From the NCBI GenBank assembly GCA_041937175.2, contig CP166615.1, forward strand, positions 1,888,001-1,952,000: DNA of 64,000 nucleotides. The letters run 5' to 3'. The notes beneath the pieces are model-generated. The model saw only the letters and a program-made list of their open reading frames with translations, was not told where the DNA came from and did not search any database. This DNA is from Limnothrix sp. BL-A-16. GTDB taxonomy: Bacteria > Cyanobacteriota > Cyanobacteriia > CACIAM-69d. Of this stretch, positions 31,513 through 41,189 are shown piece after piece (the stretch's first letter is position 1; each line of letters opens with the position of its first letter). The position numbers were made by a program, and so were the translations under genes.

Positions 31513-32976
31513 TTAACCAAGTTGTTGAAACTGTGCGGTTAAGGCCAACCGATCGACCTTGCCTTGGGCGTTGCGGGGAATTTGGGTCAAGGGTAGCCAG
31601 CGTTTGGGAATTTTGTAGCGACTGAGCCGATCGCCCAAGGCCGATCGCAGTCGATCGGGCGTGATCGTTGAGTTCACGGGCACATAGGCCGCCCCGATCA
31701 CCTGGCCCCATTCCCGATCGGGCAACCCCAACACCACCACATCAACCACCCATCCCGTTTCCCACAGGGCCGCTTCCACCTCAGCGGGATAGACATTTTC
31801 GCCCCCGGTGATGATTTTGTGGCTGGCGCGGCCCACCAGATGTAACCGTTGGGCCCCGTCAAAATAGCCCAAATCATCCGTCAGGAATTGCCCCGTGGCG
31901 CTGGTGTCCAGAGGGGTGAATCCTTGGGCACTCAGATAGCCCACCGCCAAGGAATTCCCCGCGATCGCCACTCGGCCGATGGTTGACCTGCTCCCAAGCG
32001 GGTTGGGTGTGGGAATGGGCGGGGAAAGAGAATCGTGGGCCCAGTCTGGCTCGATCGCCACCGTCGCATGGGGTAACACCTGCCCCGCGCCTCGGGCCCC
32101 GGCCAGAAACTCAGCGGGCCGCAGGGTGGCGACTTGGGAGGCGGTTTCCGTGGAGCCATAGGTGGGAGCCAGCCGCACCCCCACCGCTTGGGCTTGATCC
32201 AACAGGGCTGGCCAGGCGGGCGCACCCCCCAACAGGATCACGCGAAATTGCTTCAGCCAAGGGGTTTCTGGCCCCAGCAGTCGCACAAGTTGGGTGGGAA
32301 CCAGGGACAAAAACCCGATCGACCCCAAGCGCAATCCTTGGGAAATGGGGGCCAGGGCCAACCGGCCGCCGCCCCAAAAGCAACGCAAGACCTGCATTAA
32401 CCCGCTGGCGTGGCACAGGGGCAAGGTGCAAAGGGTGCTGTGGGCTTGGGGGCCGGGCCAATCTTCCGCAAAATAAGCGCAAAAGCCGGCCACGGAAGCG
32501 GCCAGCGATCGGGGTTGGTGCAGTGCAAAGCGGATTTGTCCCGATGTGCCGCCCGTCGGTAACCCAATCCAAGGGTCTGCGGCTGGCGGTAAGGGAGCGA
32601 GATCGTCCGGGGGCGTTGCTAGGTCTGTTTCGCCTTGGGTTTCCCAGAGTCGATCGGGCTGCAACCAATTCAACACCTGGGATCGTTCAGCGGCGCTCCA
32701 TTGGGCATTGCCTAAAAAGACGGAGCATCCTTGGGCAACGGCTGCGAAAAATCCCGCCAAAAAGGGCAATGGCTCCGATTCCAACAGCAAAATTCGCCGT
32801 TGGCTTCCCTGGCAACCCGATCGGGCCAGGGAAGCCGCTCGTTCCTCCGTGGCCCGCAGCAGCGCCTCGGCCTCAAGGCCCCACAGCCACCCGGCCGCCG
32901 TCCGATCGCGCAATGTGGCCAGCCAGCGATCGGGCGCGGCCCAGGCCAAATCGGGCGTTAGGATCGCCGGTTCCAT
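31513..32976 (-). CDS. menE: o-succinylbenzoate--CoA ligase
   Basis: PTGGTSG, LPLCHASGL, SLVPTQL, TYGSTETASQ, TDDLG, IITGGENVYPAEVE, PRNAQGK; men cluster context. Confidence 0.9.
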   Translation of the reverse strand: MEPAILTPDLAWAAPDRWLATLRDRTAAGWLWGLEAEALLRATEERAASLARSGCQGSQRRILLLESEPLPFLAGFFAAVAQGCSVFLGNAQWSAAERSQVLNWLQPDRLWETQGETDLATPPDDLAPLPPAADPWIGLPTGGTSGQIRFALHQPRSLAASVAGFCAYFAEDWPGPQAHSTLCTLPLCHASGLMQVLRCFWGGGRLALAPISQGLRLGSIGFLSLVPTQLVRLLGPETPWLKQFRVILLGGAPAWPALLDQAQAVGVRLAPTYGSTETASQVATLRPAEFLAGARGAGQVLPHATVAIEPDWAHDSLSPPIPTPNPLGSRSTIGRVAIAGNSLAVGYLSAQGFTPLDTSATGQFLTDDLGYFDGAQRLHLVGRASHKIITGGENVYPAEVEAALWETGWVVDVVVLGLPDREWGQVIGAAYVPVNSTITPDRLRSALGDRLSRYKIPKRWLPLTQIPRNAQGKVDRLALTAQFQQLG

Positions 32977-33935
32977 AGGCCTTCCAGCCAACGAGGAGGC
33001 AAGGGATCCAGCCAACTGCCCACCCCAAACCCCAGGGCCCGTGCTCCCCCGGGCCGCGCACCCGCTTCCGCCAATCGCAGCGCGGCCCCTTGACCCACAA
33101 AACTTTCAAACACCGAAGAAAACACGCAATCGAGGCCACGGGTTTGAATGGTGGCCTGAAGGCGGCTGGGAAATCCGGCAATGCTGGGTTTCAGGACAAA
33201 CAAACCACGCCAGCCCCCTTGAACGGCGGCTTGCAGGTGTTTGAACTGGGTCACCGATTCATCAAGGGCGATCGGGGTTCGGAAATGGGGGGCGATCGCC
33301 TGCATGGGAGCCACCTGGGCCAGGGGCTGCTCCAAAAATTCCACCCGATCGCCCGCTCCGTCACACCGTTCCAGCCAACCACGACAGGCGGCCTCCGTGA
33401 GCGCCCCGTTGGCATCCAGGCGCAACCGGCCCTCCGGCGGCAGGTTCCCCAACAATTGCGCAAACCAGCCCCATTCCAATTCGCTGGCAAAAACGCCAAT
33501 TTTCCACTTGAAGGTGCGATGGCCGGCTGTCCAGGGATTTTGCCAACTGCTCAACACCCGTTCACCGGCCGGCAACAGGGCCGCCAGCCGATCGGGCGGG
33601 AGGGTGAAGGGGGCCGGTTCCCGATCGTTGGCCAGGCTTTTGAAGGCCGATTCCAAAGCAAATTGACAACAGGGCAAAGTATCTGGAATTTGCCACAGTT
33701 GAGCCGGTGAAATTTCCCCATCCAGCGATCGCAAAAAAGCGATCGCCTGCTCCAGGGTTTCAGTGCCAAACCAAGGCAAGGGTGCGATTTCTCCCCAACC
33801 GAATCGATCGGCTTCATCTCGCAGCCGCACCACAATTCCTTCGCGCTTGGCCCAACTGCCATAGCTGGTTTGTAACGGACGCACAAAGTTGCGTTCGTAG
33901 TATCGAAATTGCACATTCAAGCGATTCGATCGCAC
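32958..33935 (-). CDS. menC: o-succinylbenzoate synthase
   Basis: GEIAPLPWFGTE, TFKWKIG, LRLDANG, EFLEQP, IALDES. Confidence 0.93.
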   Translation of the reverse strand: MRSNRLNVQFRYYERNFVRPLQTSYGSWAKREGIVVRLRDEADRFGWGEIAPLPWFGTETLEQAIAFLRSLDGEISPAQLWQIPDTLPCCQFALESAFKSLANDREPAPFTLPPDRLAALLPAGERVLSSWQNPWTAGHRTFKWKIGVFASELEWGWFAQLLGNLPPEGRLRLDANGALTEAACRGWLERCDGAGDRVEFLEQPLAQVAPMQAIAPHFRTPIALDESVTQFKHLQAAVQGGWRGLFVLKPSIAGFPSRLQATIQTRGLDCVFSSVFESFVGQGAALRLAEAGARPGGARALGFGVGSWLDPLPPRWLEGLWNRRS

Positions 33936-33971
33936 CAGTTTCCTCCTGATTTTAGGCCGGGGGGTTGGCCA

Positions 33972-34898
33972 CTACTGTAACCAAGCGCCCAACAGAAAAC
34001 CGCCACTGAGGGCTAAACCGCTCCAAAAATGAAATTTGACGGCGATGAATTTGCTGTTGCTGACCCGATCGGGCTGGTCGTGGTGTTGGCCCACATGCCG
34101 ACACAAATGCAGAGCGATCGGCAGGCTCAAACCCGTGAGCAACGTCCAAAGGGGGAAAGACCCCCACAGAACTCCCGCAATCACCACCCCAAAGGCTGTG
34201 CCACAAAGCCAGGGCAGCAGGGCAGCCGATCGAGCCGTGCCCAGCCGGGCCACGGGCGATCGTTTGCCTGCCCGCAAATCATCCGCCACCTGATGGAAAT
34301 GGGAACAGAACAAAATCAGGCTGGTGGTGATGCCCATAAAGACAGACGCACCCCAATTCAGCAGCGACCAACTTTGGGTTTGGCTATAGTAAGCAGCGGC
34401 CAGGGCCATGGGCCCAAAGGTGACAAAACAGATGGGTTCTCCCAACCCTAAATAGCCAAAGCGAAAGGGCGGCCCTTGATAGCTATAGCCCAAAACACAA
34501 CTGGCTAAAATAATGGCCAAAACCGTCCAATCCTGTTGGAGCCAAGCGATCGCCCCAATGGCTGTAATTCCGGCCACTAGAAACAAATTAGCGATCACGA
34601 AAACGAGCGATCGATTGCCGGTTAAGTTCACCACGGAATGGGCTTTATTCACATCAATGCCCGTATCGGAGTCAAACACATCATTGGTGAGATTCAACCA
34701 GGCAATAATGGCAATGGCCGCCCCTAAAAATAGGGCCAAAATTCCCCCATTCAGCCGTTGGGTTTCAAAGGCAGCCGTGGCGGATCCCAACAGAATCGGC
34801 ATCACTGCCACGGTATACATGGGTAATTTAATTGCGGCCTTCCATAGTTGGCGGCGGGAGGGCGCTTCGGGCGGGGCGGAAAGACTGGGAGCAGTCAT
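33972..34898 (-). CDS. menA: 1,4-dihydroxy-2-naphthoate phytyltransferase
   Basis: AAIKLPMYTVA, WLNLTNDVFDSDTGID.NK, YQGPPFR.GY.GLGE, HFHQV.DD..AGKRS. Confidence 0.95.
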   Translation of the reverse strand: MTAPSLSAPPEAPSRRQLWKAAIKLPMYTVAVMPILLGSATAAFETQRLNGGILALFLGAAIAIIAWLNLTNDVFDSDTGIDVNKAHSVVNLTGNRSLVFVIANLFLVAGITAIGAIAWLQQDWTVLAIILASCVLGYSYQGPPFRFGYLGLGEPICFVTFGPMALAAAYYSQTQSWSLLNWGASVFMGITTSLILFCSHFHQVADDLRAGKRSPVARLGTARSAALLPWLCGTAFGVVIAGVLWGSFPLWTLLTGLSLPIALHLCRHVGQHHDQPDRVSNSKFIAVKFHFWSGLALSGGFLLGAWLQ

Positions 34899-35188
34899 AG
34901 GGTGATCACGACAGTCAACGGTGGTAGATGGGAGCTTGGGCAACCGACAGGCCCAGGGCGACCTTGCCCATACCCAGTTGGGGTTCAGACAGGATTCAGG
35001 CGAGGTTCAAGCAGGGCGATCGGGCGGGGTGATCGGGTCACTGCTGAATCATGCCAAATTTACCAGATGCGCCTTAGGGGGCGGGTATTATTGAGGAAAC
35101 TCGATTAAGATAACCAGTAGTCGAAGCATTGCGGCAGTTCGGACGATAATTAATTTTTTTTACAGCCTTTAATCAAATCTGAATTCTA

Positions 35189-36658
35189 ATGTTAAGCGCA
35201 CTGGGTCAGCAAACAGATTTGCTCTCACCAACGCGCCTCTATTGCATACTTGAGGCAGCTCGGGACGAGTTCTTGCGATCGTTTCGATCGCAAATTGTGC
35301 GTTTAACTTTTGAAATTCCGGCGCTCGATCCCCTGGAAGTTTTTGCTGAGTTTTCCCAGGCGGATTGCCTCAGTTTTTATTTTGAAAAACCCGATCGCCG
35401 ATCGGCAATTGCCGCCTTTGATCGCACGGTATCCTTGGCGGTGGCCGGGAGCGATCGATTCACCAAAACCAAGGCCTTTGCTCGAAAGATTCATGGCCTG
35501 TTGCGGGCGAGCGATCGGGCCTATGGCAGGGCCGAGGGCGATCGCTCGGCCTTGACCCGATCGATTCCGTCGCTGCTTTGTGCGTTTCCCTTCCTCGATG
35601 AACCGCGCGATCTCGGCAGTCCCTTTGGGGAGGCGTTGATTTTTTTACCCCGCTGGCAAGTGGTCCGCCGCACCACTCCCCAAGGCCCCATCACCACATT
35701 CACGGCCAATGCTTGGGTGGATGGTTGCACCGATTTGGATCAGCTCTGTGGGGAACTGTGGCAACCGCTCGATCGACTGTTGCAGTGGCGTAGCAGCAGC
35801 ACCAGCTTGAGCGCCAGGACAGCCCGTTACCAGTCCAGTGGGTGGGAATTGGCCGCGCCGGATGATCCGGACTTTTTGGCGGCGGCCCGATCGGCCCTGA
35901 AAGATATTGCCGATCGGCAATTTTGCAAGGTGGTACTGGCGCGGGCGATCGACTGGCAAGCCCCGGAACCCTTGGATCCGGCCCTGTTGCTCCATAACCT
36001 GCGCCACCGCCACTCCGGTTGTTACACCTTCGCGGTGGGGAACGATCGGGGGCAAACCTTCTTGGGAGCCAGCCCTGAATGTTTGGTGGCCATTGATCAC
36101 GGCCGGATTGCCACGGAAGCCCTGGCCGGGTCGGCCCCGCGCGGCACCACGCCGGAACTCGATCGTGCCTGGGGCGATCGGCTGCTCAACAACCCCAAGG
36201 AACTGCACGAACACCGATTAGTGGCGGATTTCATCGCCGATCGGCTCGCCCAGTTGGGGGCCCATCCCAAGGTGGCCGTCAAGCCTGGCCTGCGCAAATT
36301 GAGCAATATTCAACACCTGCAAACGCCGATCTGTGGCCGGTTACCGCGCAATGTGGATCCATTGGATGTGGTGGCGGCCTTGCACCCCACCCCGGCCGTG
36401 GCGGGCTTGTCTCGATCGGCCGCCATTGCCGCCATCGATCGCTACGAACCCTTTGAGCGATCGCTCTATACCGGGGCGATCGGCTGGCTCGATCCGATGG
36501 GAAACGCGGAATTTGCGGTGGGGATTCGATCGGCCCTGATCCAGGGCGATCGGGCCCGGCTGTTTGCGGGCGCGGGCATCGTGGCCGGATCCGACCCCGA
36601 ACGCGAGCTGGCCGAAATTCAACTCAAGCTCCAAGCCCTCTGGGCCGCCTTAATTTAA
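35189..36658 (+). CDS. menF: isochorismate synthase
   Basis: KVVLAR, FLGASPE, ALAGSAPRG, KELHEH, LHPTPAV.G, AVGIRSA, FAGAGIV.GS. Confidence 0.93.
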   Translation: MLSALGQQTDLLSPTRLYCILEAARDEFLRSFRSQIVRLTFEIPALDPLEVFAEFSQADCLSFYFEKPDRRSAIAAFDRTVSLAVAGSDRFTKTKAFARKIHGLLRASDRAYGRAEGDRSALTRSIPSLLCAFPFLDEPRDLGSPFGEALIFLPRWQVVRRTTPQGPITTFTANAWVDGCTDLDQLCGELWQPLDRLLQWRSSSTSLSARTARYQSSGWELAAPDDPDFLAAARSALKDIADRQFCKVVLARAIDWQAPEPLDPALLLHNLRHRHSGCYTFAVGNDRGQTFLGASPECLVAIDHGRIATEALAGSAPRGTTPELDRAWGDRLLNNPKELHEHRLVADFIADRLAQLGAHPKVAVKPGLRKLSNIQHLQTPICGRLPRNVDPLDVVAALHPTPAVAGLSRSAAIAAIDRYEPFERSLYTGAIGWLDPMGNAEFAVGIRSALIQGDRARLFAGAGIVAGSDPERELAEIQLKLQALWAALI

Positions 36659-37267
36659 CCACTGGCCACGCTAAGAGGTTTTAATTGTGCGGATCTAGTC
36701 ACCCGGTGCTACCGGACATCCGGGCGATCAACCCCCATGGATCCCACTTCAACCTAGCCTTTAACCCAATCGAGCAAGACCAACGCAAAAGAAAAAAATT
36801 ACCGCAAGAAACGGATCTGAATCCCTGCCCGGCTGGGGCGGCTTTTGGCTTGCTTGGCCAAGGAAGTTGGTGGGGGGCAAGGACGAAGCGCCAAACCCAG
36901 TTTTTGATCAGTACCAAAAATCTTTGCTACGCTGCAGTGGCTCAACAACCGGAGTCATCACCGGATCAGCCGGGATCGCCCTCCAGTCTTCACTGATCCC
37001 CATTTCCTTGACGAATCACCATAACTTTCCTTCGGACAGTGCTTGGAAAAATGGGCTAAGCAGAGTATAACGAAGTGTAAAGATCTCGATCGAGAGACCA
37101 ACCGTTTCGATGTGACTGCCCCCATCGAGCGTGATTCTGTATCCTATTGCGCTTTCCTCAAAGCCACATTCCTCCACACTGACCGGAGTGTCGTCTGTTG
37201 CAGTCCGCGTCTTTCCCGTATATCCATAGCAATTGACTTTGAATAGCGCCCGCAAGCCACAGCGCCT

Positions 37268-37552
37268 ATGAAAGACTTCTCTGCCCGTTTAATGAATGCC
37301 CTGGGCCTGGCCTATTGGGTCGAAATCACGACCCAGGTTCCTCGGTGCACCTACTACTTTGGTCCCTTTAGCTTGGAGTCCACAGCTAAAGCATCGGTGG
37401 CCGGTTATGTGGAAGATTTGGAAATCGAAGGAGCACAGGGCATTGCGGTGAAGGTAGCCCGCTGCAAACCCACGGATTTGACCATTTTCGATGAAGCAGA
37501 GGAGGCGGCCCCGAGCGATCGCCCTTTCTCGATGGTCAGTAGCCAGGCTTAG
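37268..37552 (+). CDS. DUF1816 family protein
   Basis: GLAYWVEITT..PRCTYYFGPF...GYVEDLE.EGA...RCKP..LT. Confidence 0.88.
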   Translation: MKDFSARLMNALGLAYWVEITTQVPRCTYYFGPFSLESTAKASVAGYVEDLEIEGAQGIAVKVARCKPTDLTIFDEAEEAAPSDRPFSMVSSQA

Positions 37553-37682
37553 GGCCCCTGCGATTCTCGGAAAACCCCTCGTGCGATCGCCCGGCAGCCC
37601 TCGGTGATGGGGATGATCCCAACGGGCGATCAGGAGGTGAAGAATCGAGCGACCTGGCTACTCAATTTGATTCTGAATTGAG

Positions 37683-37715
37683 GGATGACGGTCGGTGCCA
37701 TCTAAACCGTCATCC
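37683..37715. terminator. stem-loop between convergent genes
   Basis: GGATGACGGT...ACCGTCATCC 10-bp stem; only a weak T tract. Confidence 0.4.
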
Positions 37716-37794
37716 TATTTGGTGTTCATGAGCCGTTTGTATACCCTTGTCCGCAATCGGTTGAGTTTACCTAAAGATTGCTAAGAACTAGGCT

Positions 37795-40700
37795 TCAAAG
37801 TAACGGAAGTTGACCGGGACTCACAGCAGACTTGCTCTTAACCACCGTTTTAGTCAAAGCGTTTGTCTCCAGCAGTTGCTGCCGAGATAACGTGGCTCCT
37901 TGGCAAATTCGATCAAGTAATTCCGTCTGTTGGGGTTCCAGCTCAACTAGCCAGCCCAGCACATTCAACAGGTTCAGTAACTCCGTGGTGTACTCGGGCA
38001 ACCAGCGATCGGGTTGGATCTGGCTTAAGGGAGAGGGAGGACGGCGATCGCCCAAGAGGGGGCGGCTGCGATCTCGCTTACGATAGCTGAACCAATGCAG
38101 AATCACCGGTTTACCAGAAACCTCATAATCCCAAACCGCAGCGGGCACGTTGTCGATATAGCCATCGCCCACATGGAGCCGATCGTGGCTGGAATCGTGG
38201 CTAATGGTGTCTGGCATTCGGTCAGGATCAGCCGGAATCGCACCATCCTTGGGGATTGTCGGGCGGCGATCAGTTCGCAGGCGCGGCGGCCCCGGTGGCC
38301 GGCCCTGGCTCGGGTCAGCACAGCGATCGCCAAACGTATGCAGCCACAACACCTGCTGCCCGATTTCCACCGCTTCAGTAAATAACGCGGGATCGGCAGT
38401 CAACGGAATCCGAATTCCTGGTGTTTTTAGCTCCGTCCGAAAGCATTTTGTAAAACCTGAATGAGCGGCAACTGCTGCCAAATACGCCAACAGCAATTCG
38501 GGTCTAATAGCTTGACCAAACGTTTTACTAAAATAGTCCAGTAACTCAGGCTTGATGTTAGAAACCCTTGCCTCAGCATCAGCCCAAAGCGGAAAAACTC
38601 GCCCTCCGAATGAACCTTTGTAATGGTCGAGATCAGGGATGAGTGCAGTGAACGTAAAGCTAGGCCCGGTAGCTGGTGAAGTTCGTGAAAGAGCTGTCAA
38701 ATAAATTTGATGGTCTGAGTGCCACTGCCAAATAGTCGGATTTGGTTGGTTGATCAACCGACTATCAGGAATGATCCATTGGCGATCGAATGATCGATAT
38801 GCATACTCCATTGGTTGCACAATCGGCTGAGTTTCATTCGCCACTGATACTAAGCGTTGGGGTTGACCGGCCAAGGGCTGATTGATAACCTTTGCTGAGT
38901 GTTTATCTCCTGGCTTACCTTTCCTCAGATGGGGATGAAAGAGGCGATCTTTTTGACTAATGGGAGCCTTGATTAACGTTTGCCAGCGTTGACTTAATGA
39001 TTCAACATCAGGTGCAATCACCCAGGTACGACCTGGCATCACGCCCGAGCCGTTGTAGTTAAAAAAGTCCTGTAAGCAAGGATAGGTTGACCAAGCGCCA
39101 TTTGAGCCAGGGGCAAAGGGCGATCGGCTGCCCGATTGTGAACAGTCTGTATCCAAAGGACAGTCGAACCAGCCAAGCCCATCAAGGGTAATTTGGCTCA
39201 ACTCAGCAAACTTTTGATCCCGCAATCCGATCGGTAGTGTCCGAAATTTTATAGTTGCCAACTCATTTTCTTTTTTCCGCTTTGAACGACTTGCGAGAAC
39301 AATACAAACAGGCTGCTGAACCCCTTGAAACAGTCGTGTATTAACGTCCGGTTGATGACCTTCGGGGGAACAGTCAATTACCCAAATGCGATCGCAGACT
39401 TCCCGCAAATACTGCCGCATTCGCTGAAAGCCAGGCCCGTTTAAAAAACCAGAAACGGTGATGAAGCAAATCATTCCCGTACTGTTATTCGGGTGATGGT
39501 CAAAAACTTTCCAAGTGGCCCAGCGCCAAAAATAAACATACAAATTGCGCAAGTGCTTCGCATGGGCACTCACACCCCAATCCTTCGACGGTTGCCAATC
39601 ATTTAACGGTGCAAGGGTTCCCGTCTGAGAATTACCAGACTCCACCCAACCGCCACGCCCTTTTGCTTTTTCCTTATAGGGTGGGTTACCAATAACGACG
39701 GTAATCGGTTCTGTACGTTTGATTTGGTTGGCAGCTTTGCGGGATTGGGCGATCGGGGCCAGCAGTTGCGGAATCCACCCGGCATCATCCTCCGGATCAG
39801 CCAAAGTATCAGCCACAAACATTCGCAGGGATTCGGTCGGACTATCCCCAGTTAACGTAATAATTTCCGCTAAAATTCGCAATTGGGCCACGGCAAACGG
39901 TCCCAATTGCACTTCAAAAGCAATCAATCGCTTCAGGGCTGCATTAATTGCCTGGGGAACTGCCCCTTCTCCTTCGTTCTCGCGCACTGATTCAGCAATT
40001 TGCTTGAGAATTCCCAGCACATAGGTTCCTGTGCCCGTTGCTGGATCGATGACCGTTACGGATGGTGAAGCTAAACCTGAATGCAGGCCGAAGTTGGGAC
40101 TTTTCAAAAGATCATCAACCAACCGCACCATCGTTTCAACAACAACCGGTGGTGTGTAGTATGACCCGGTTTGTTTGCGTAACTCGTTATCATAAACTTC
40201 TAGGAAATCTTCATAGAAGTAAAGCCAGGTTTCAGGATTACCCTTGTTAATCGTTACCCAATCCACAGCATCAAGAACTTGGGTGAGCGATCGCAACGAT
40301 GTTTTCAGCGTCGCCTGATTTTCAGAGGTTTCCGTTAATAATCGCAGAGCTGCACCAATCAGCGAATAGTTTGCTTTGAGGGTAATTGCCACTCGATCGA
40401 GTCCCTGAGCTAACTCAATTCCATTAGCCCGAGCCATGAGTAACCCAAACGTTACGGCCTGTGCATAGCCATCTGCAAATTTCTCATCCGTTGCATCGGG
40501 AAATAGTAGTTTTCGCCAGTCTTCTGCAAGGGCTGTCAGCGCCTCGGAACCCAAGGCTAATTGCTCAACCACCTCATCTCGCAAGAGCCGACAAAGACGC
40601 GCGCTAATAACTGCTAATTCCTTCGCATTGCGCGGTGGAACTGCTTGCCAAAATAAGAATTGGCGAAATAGATCAAGAAGACTTGCTGGTGCAGTTAATT

Positions 40701-41145
40701 GTTGTCCTGCCGTTGCAATGTCCCCAGAGCAGGAAACGATCGCGCCAATCAACTCCCCATCTTGCCAGAGGCTAAAGCTATTGCCATCGGAATAAATCAG
40801 ATTGGGAAGTGCCTTTAGTTTTTCCCATTGAGCCTTATCGTGGCGATCCTTAAACTTTCTGGGATCTGCACCCTTTCCGGGGGCTTTGAGTTCAATAAAT
40901 CCCACCCAAACGCGCAGCACAGTAACGGAATAATCGGGGCGTGTTTTCAAGTCCCCAATTGCTGATTCTCCGACCGGAATCACATCACCTTTCCTGAGTC
41001 CAATCAACTCAGCCAGATCTGTTAATAACTGCTCAAAGGGGCCTCTGAGTTGATCTTCAGGTTGTCCACTGGTTGCTGGGTTAGAAAGCTTTCCTGTAAC
41101 TGCTTTTCCAAAAGCGGCAATGGAGGATTCAAGGCTTAGAGGCAT
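37795..41145 (-). CDS. single-polypeptide restriction-modification enzyme (N6-adenine MTase with nuclease and type ISP-like specificity region)
   Basis: RPDY...GFIELK PD-(D/E)xK motif, GSYYTP, IDPATGTG (motif I), GNPPY (motif IV), YAYRSFDRQW and VWDYEVSG; no helicase motifs. Confidence 0.88.
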   Translation of the reverse strand: MPLSLESSIAAFGKAVTGKLSNPATSGQPEDQLRGPFEQLLTDLAELIGLRKGDVIPVGESAIGDLKTRPDYSVTVLRVWVGFIELKAPGKGADPRKFKDRHDKAQWEKLKALPNLIYSDGNSFSLWQDGELIGAIVSCSGDIATAGQQLTAPASLLDLFRQFLFWQAVPPRNAKELAVISARLCRLLRDEVVEQLALGSEALTALAEDWRKLLFPDATDEKFADGYAQAVTFGLLMARANGIELAQGLDRVAITLKANYSLIGAALRLLTETSENQATLKTSLRSLTQVLDAVDWVTINKGNPETWLYFYEDFLEVYDNELRKQTGSYYTPPVVVETMVRLVDDLLKSPNFGLHSGLASPSVTVIDPATGTGTYVLGILKQIAESVRENEGEGAVPQAINAALKRLIAFEVQLGPFAVAQLRILAEIITLTGDSPTESLRMFVADTLADPEDDAGWIPQLLAPIAQSRKAANQIKRTEPITVVIGNPPYKEKAKGRGGWVESGNSQTGTLAPLNDWQPSKDWGVSAHAKHLRNLYVYFWRWATWKVFDHHPNNSTGMICFITVSGFLNGPGFQRMRQYLREVCDRIWVIDCSPEGHQPDVNTRLFQGVQQPVCIVLASRSKRKKENELATIKFRTLPIGLRDQKFAELSQITLDGLGWFDCPLDTDCSQSGSRSPFAPGSNGAWSTYPCLQDFFNYNGSGVMPGRTWVIAPDVESLSQRWQTLIKAPISQKDRLFHPHLRKGKPGDKHSAKVINQPLAGQPQRLVSVANETQPIVQPMEYAYRSFDRQWIIPDSRLINQPNPTIWQWHSDHQIYLTALSRTSPATGPSFTFTALIPDLDHYKGSFGGRVFPLWADAEARVSNIKPELLDYFSKTFGQAIRPELLLAYLAAVAAHSGFTKCFRTELKTPGIRIPLTADPALFTEAVEIGQQVLWLHTFGDRCADPSQGRPPGPPRLRTDRRPTIPKDGAIPADPDRMPDTISHDSSHDRLHVGDGYIDNVPAAVWDYEVSGKPVILHWFSYRKRDRSRPLLGDRRPPSPLSQIQPDRWLPEYTTELLNLLNVLGWLVELEPQQTELLDRICQGATLSRQQLLETNALTKTVVKSKSAVSPGQLPLL

Positions 41146-41189
41146 TGTTGAAGGGTACGGGGCGCTAAATCATGTGCATTCTATTCAAT

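Noticed and set aside
37166..37179. ACATTCCTCCACAC as the Yfr1 sRNA
   Set aside because: It does not match ACTCCTCACAC exactly and lacks clear flanking hairpins; an unrelated sRNA or long 5'UTR in 36660-37267 cannot be excluded.
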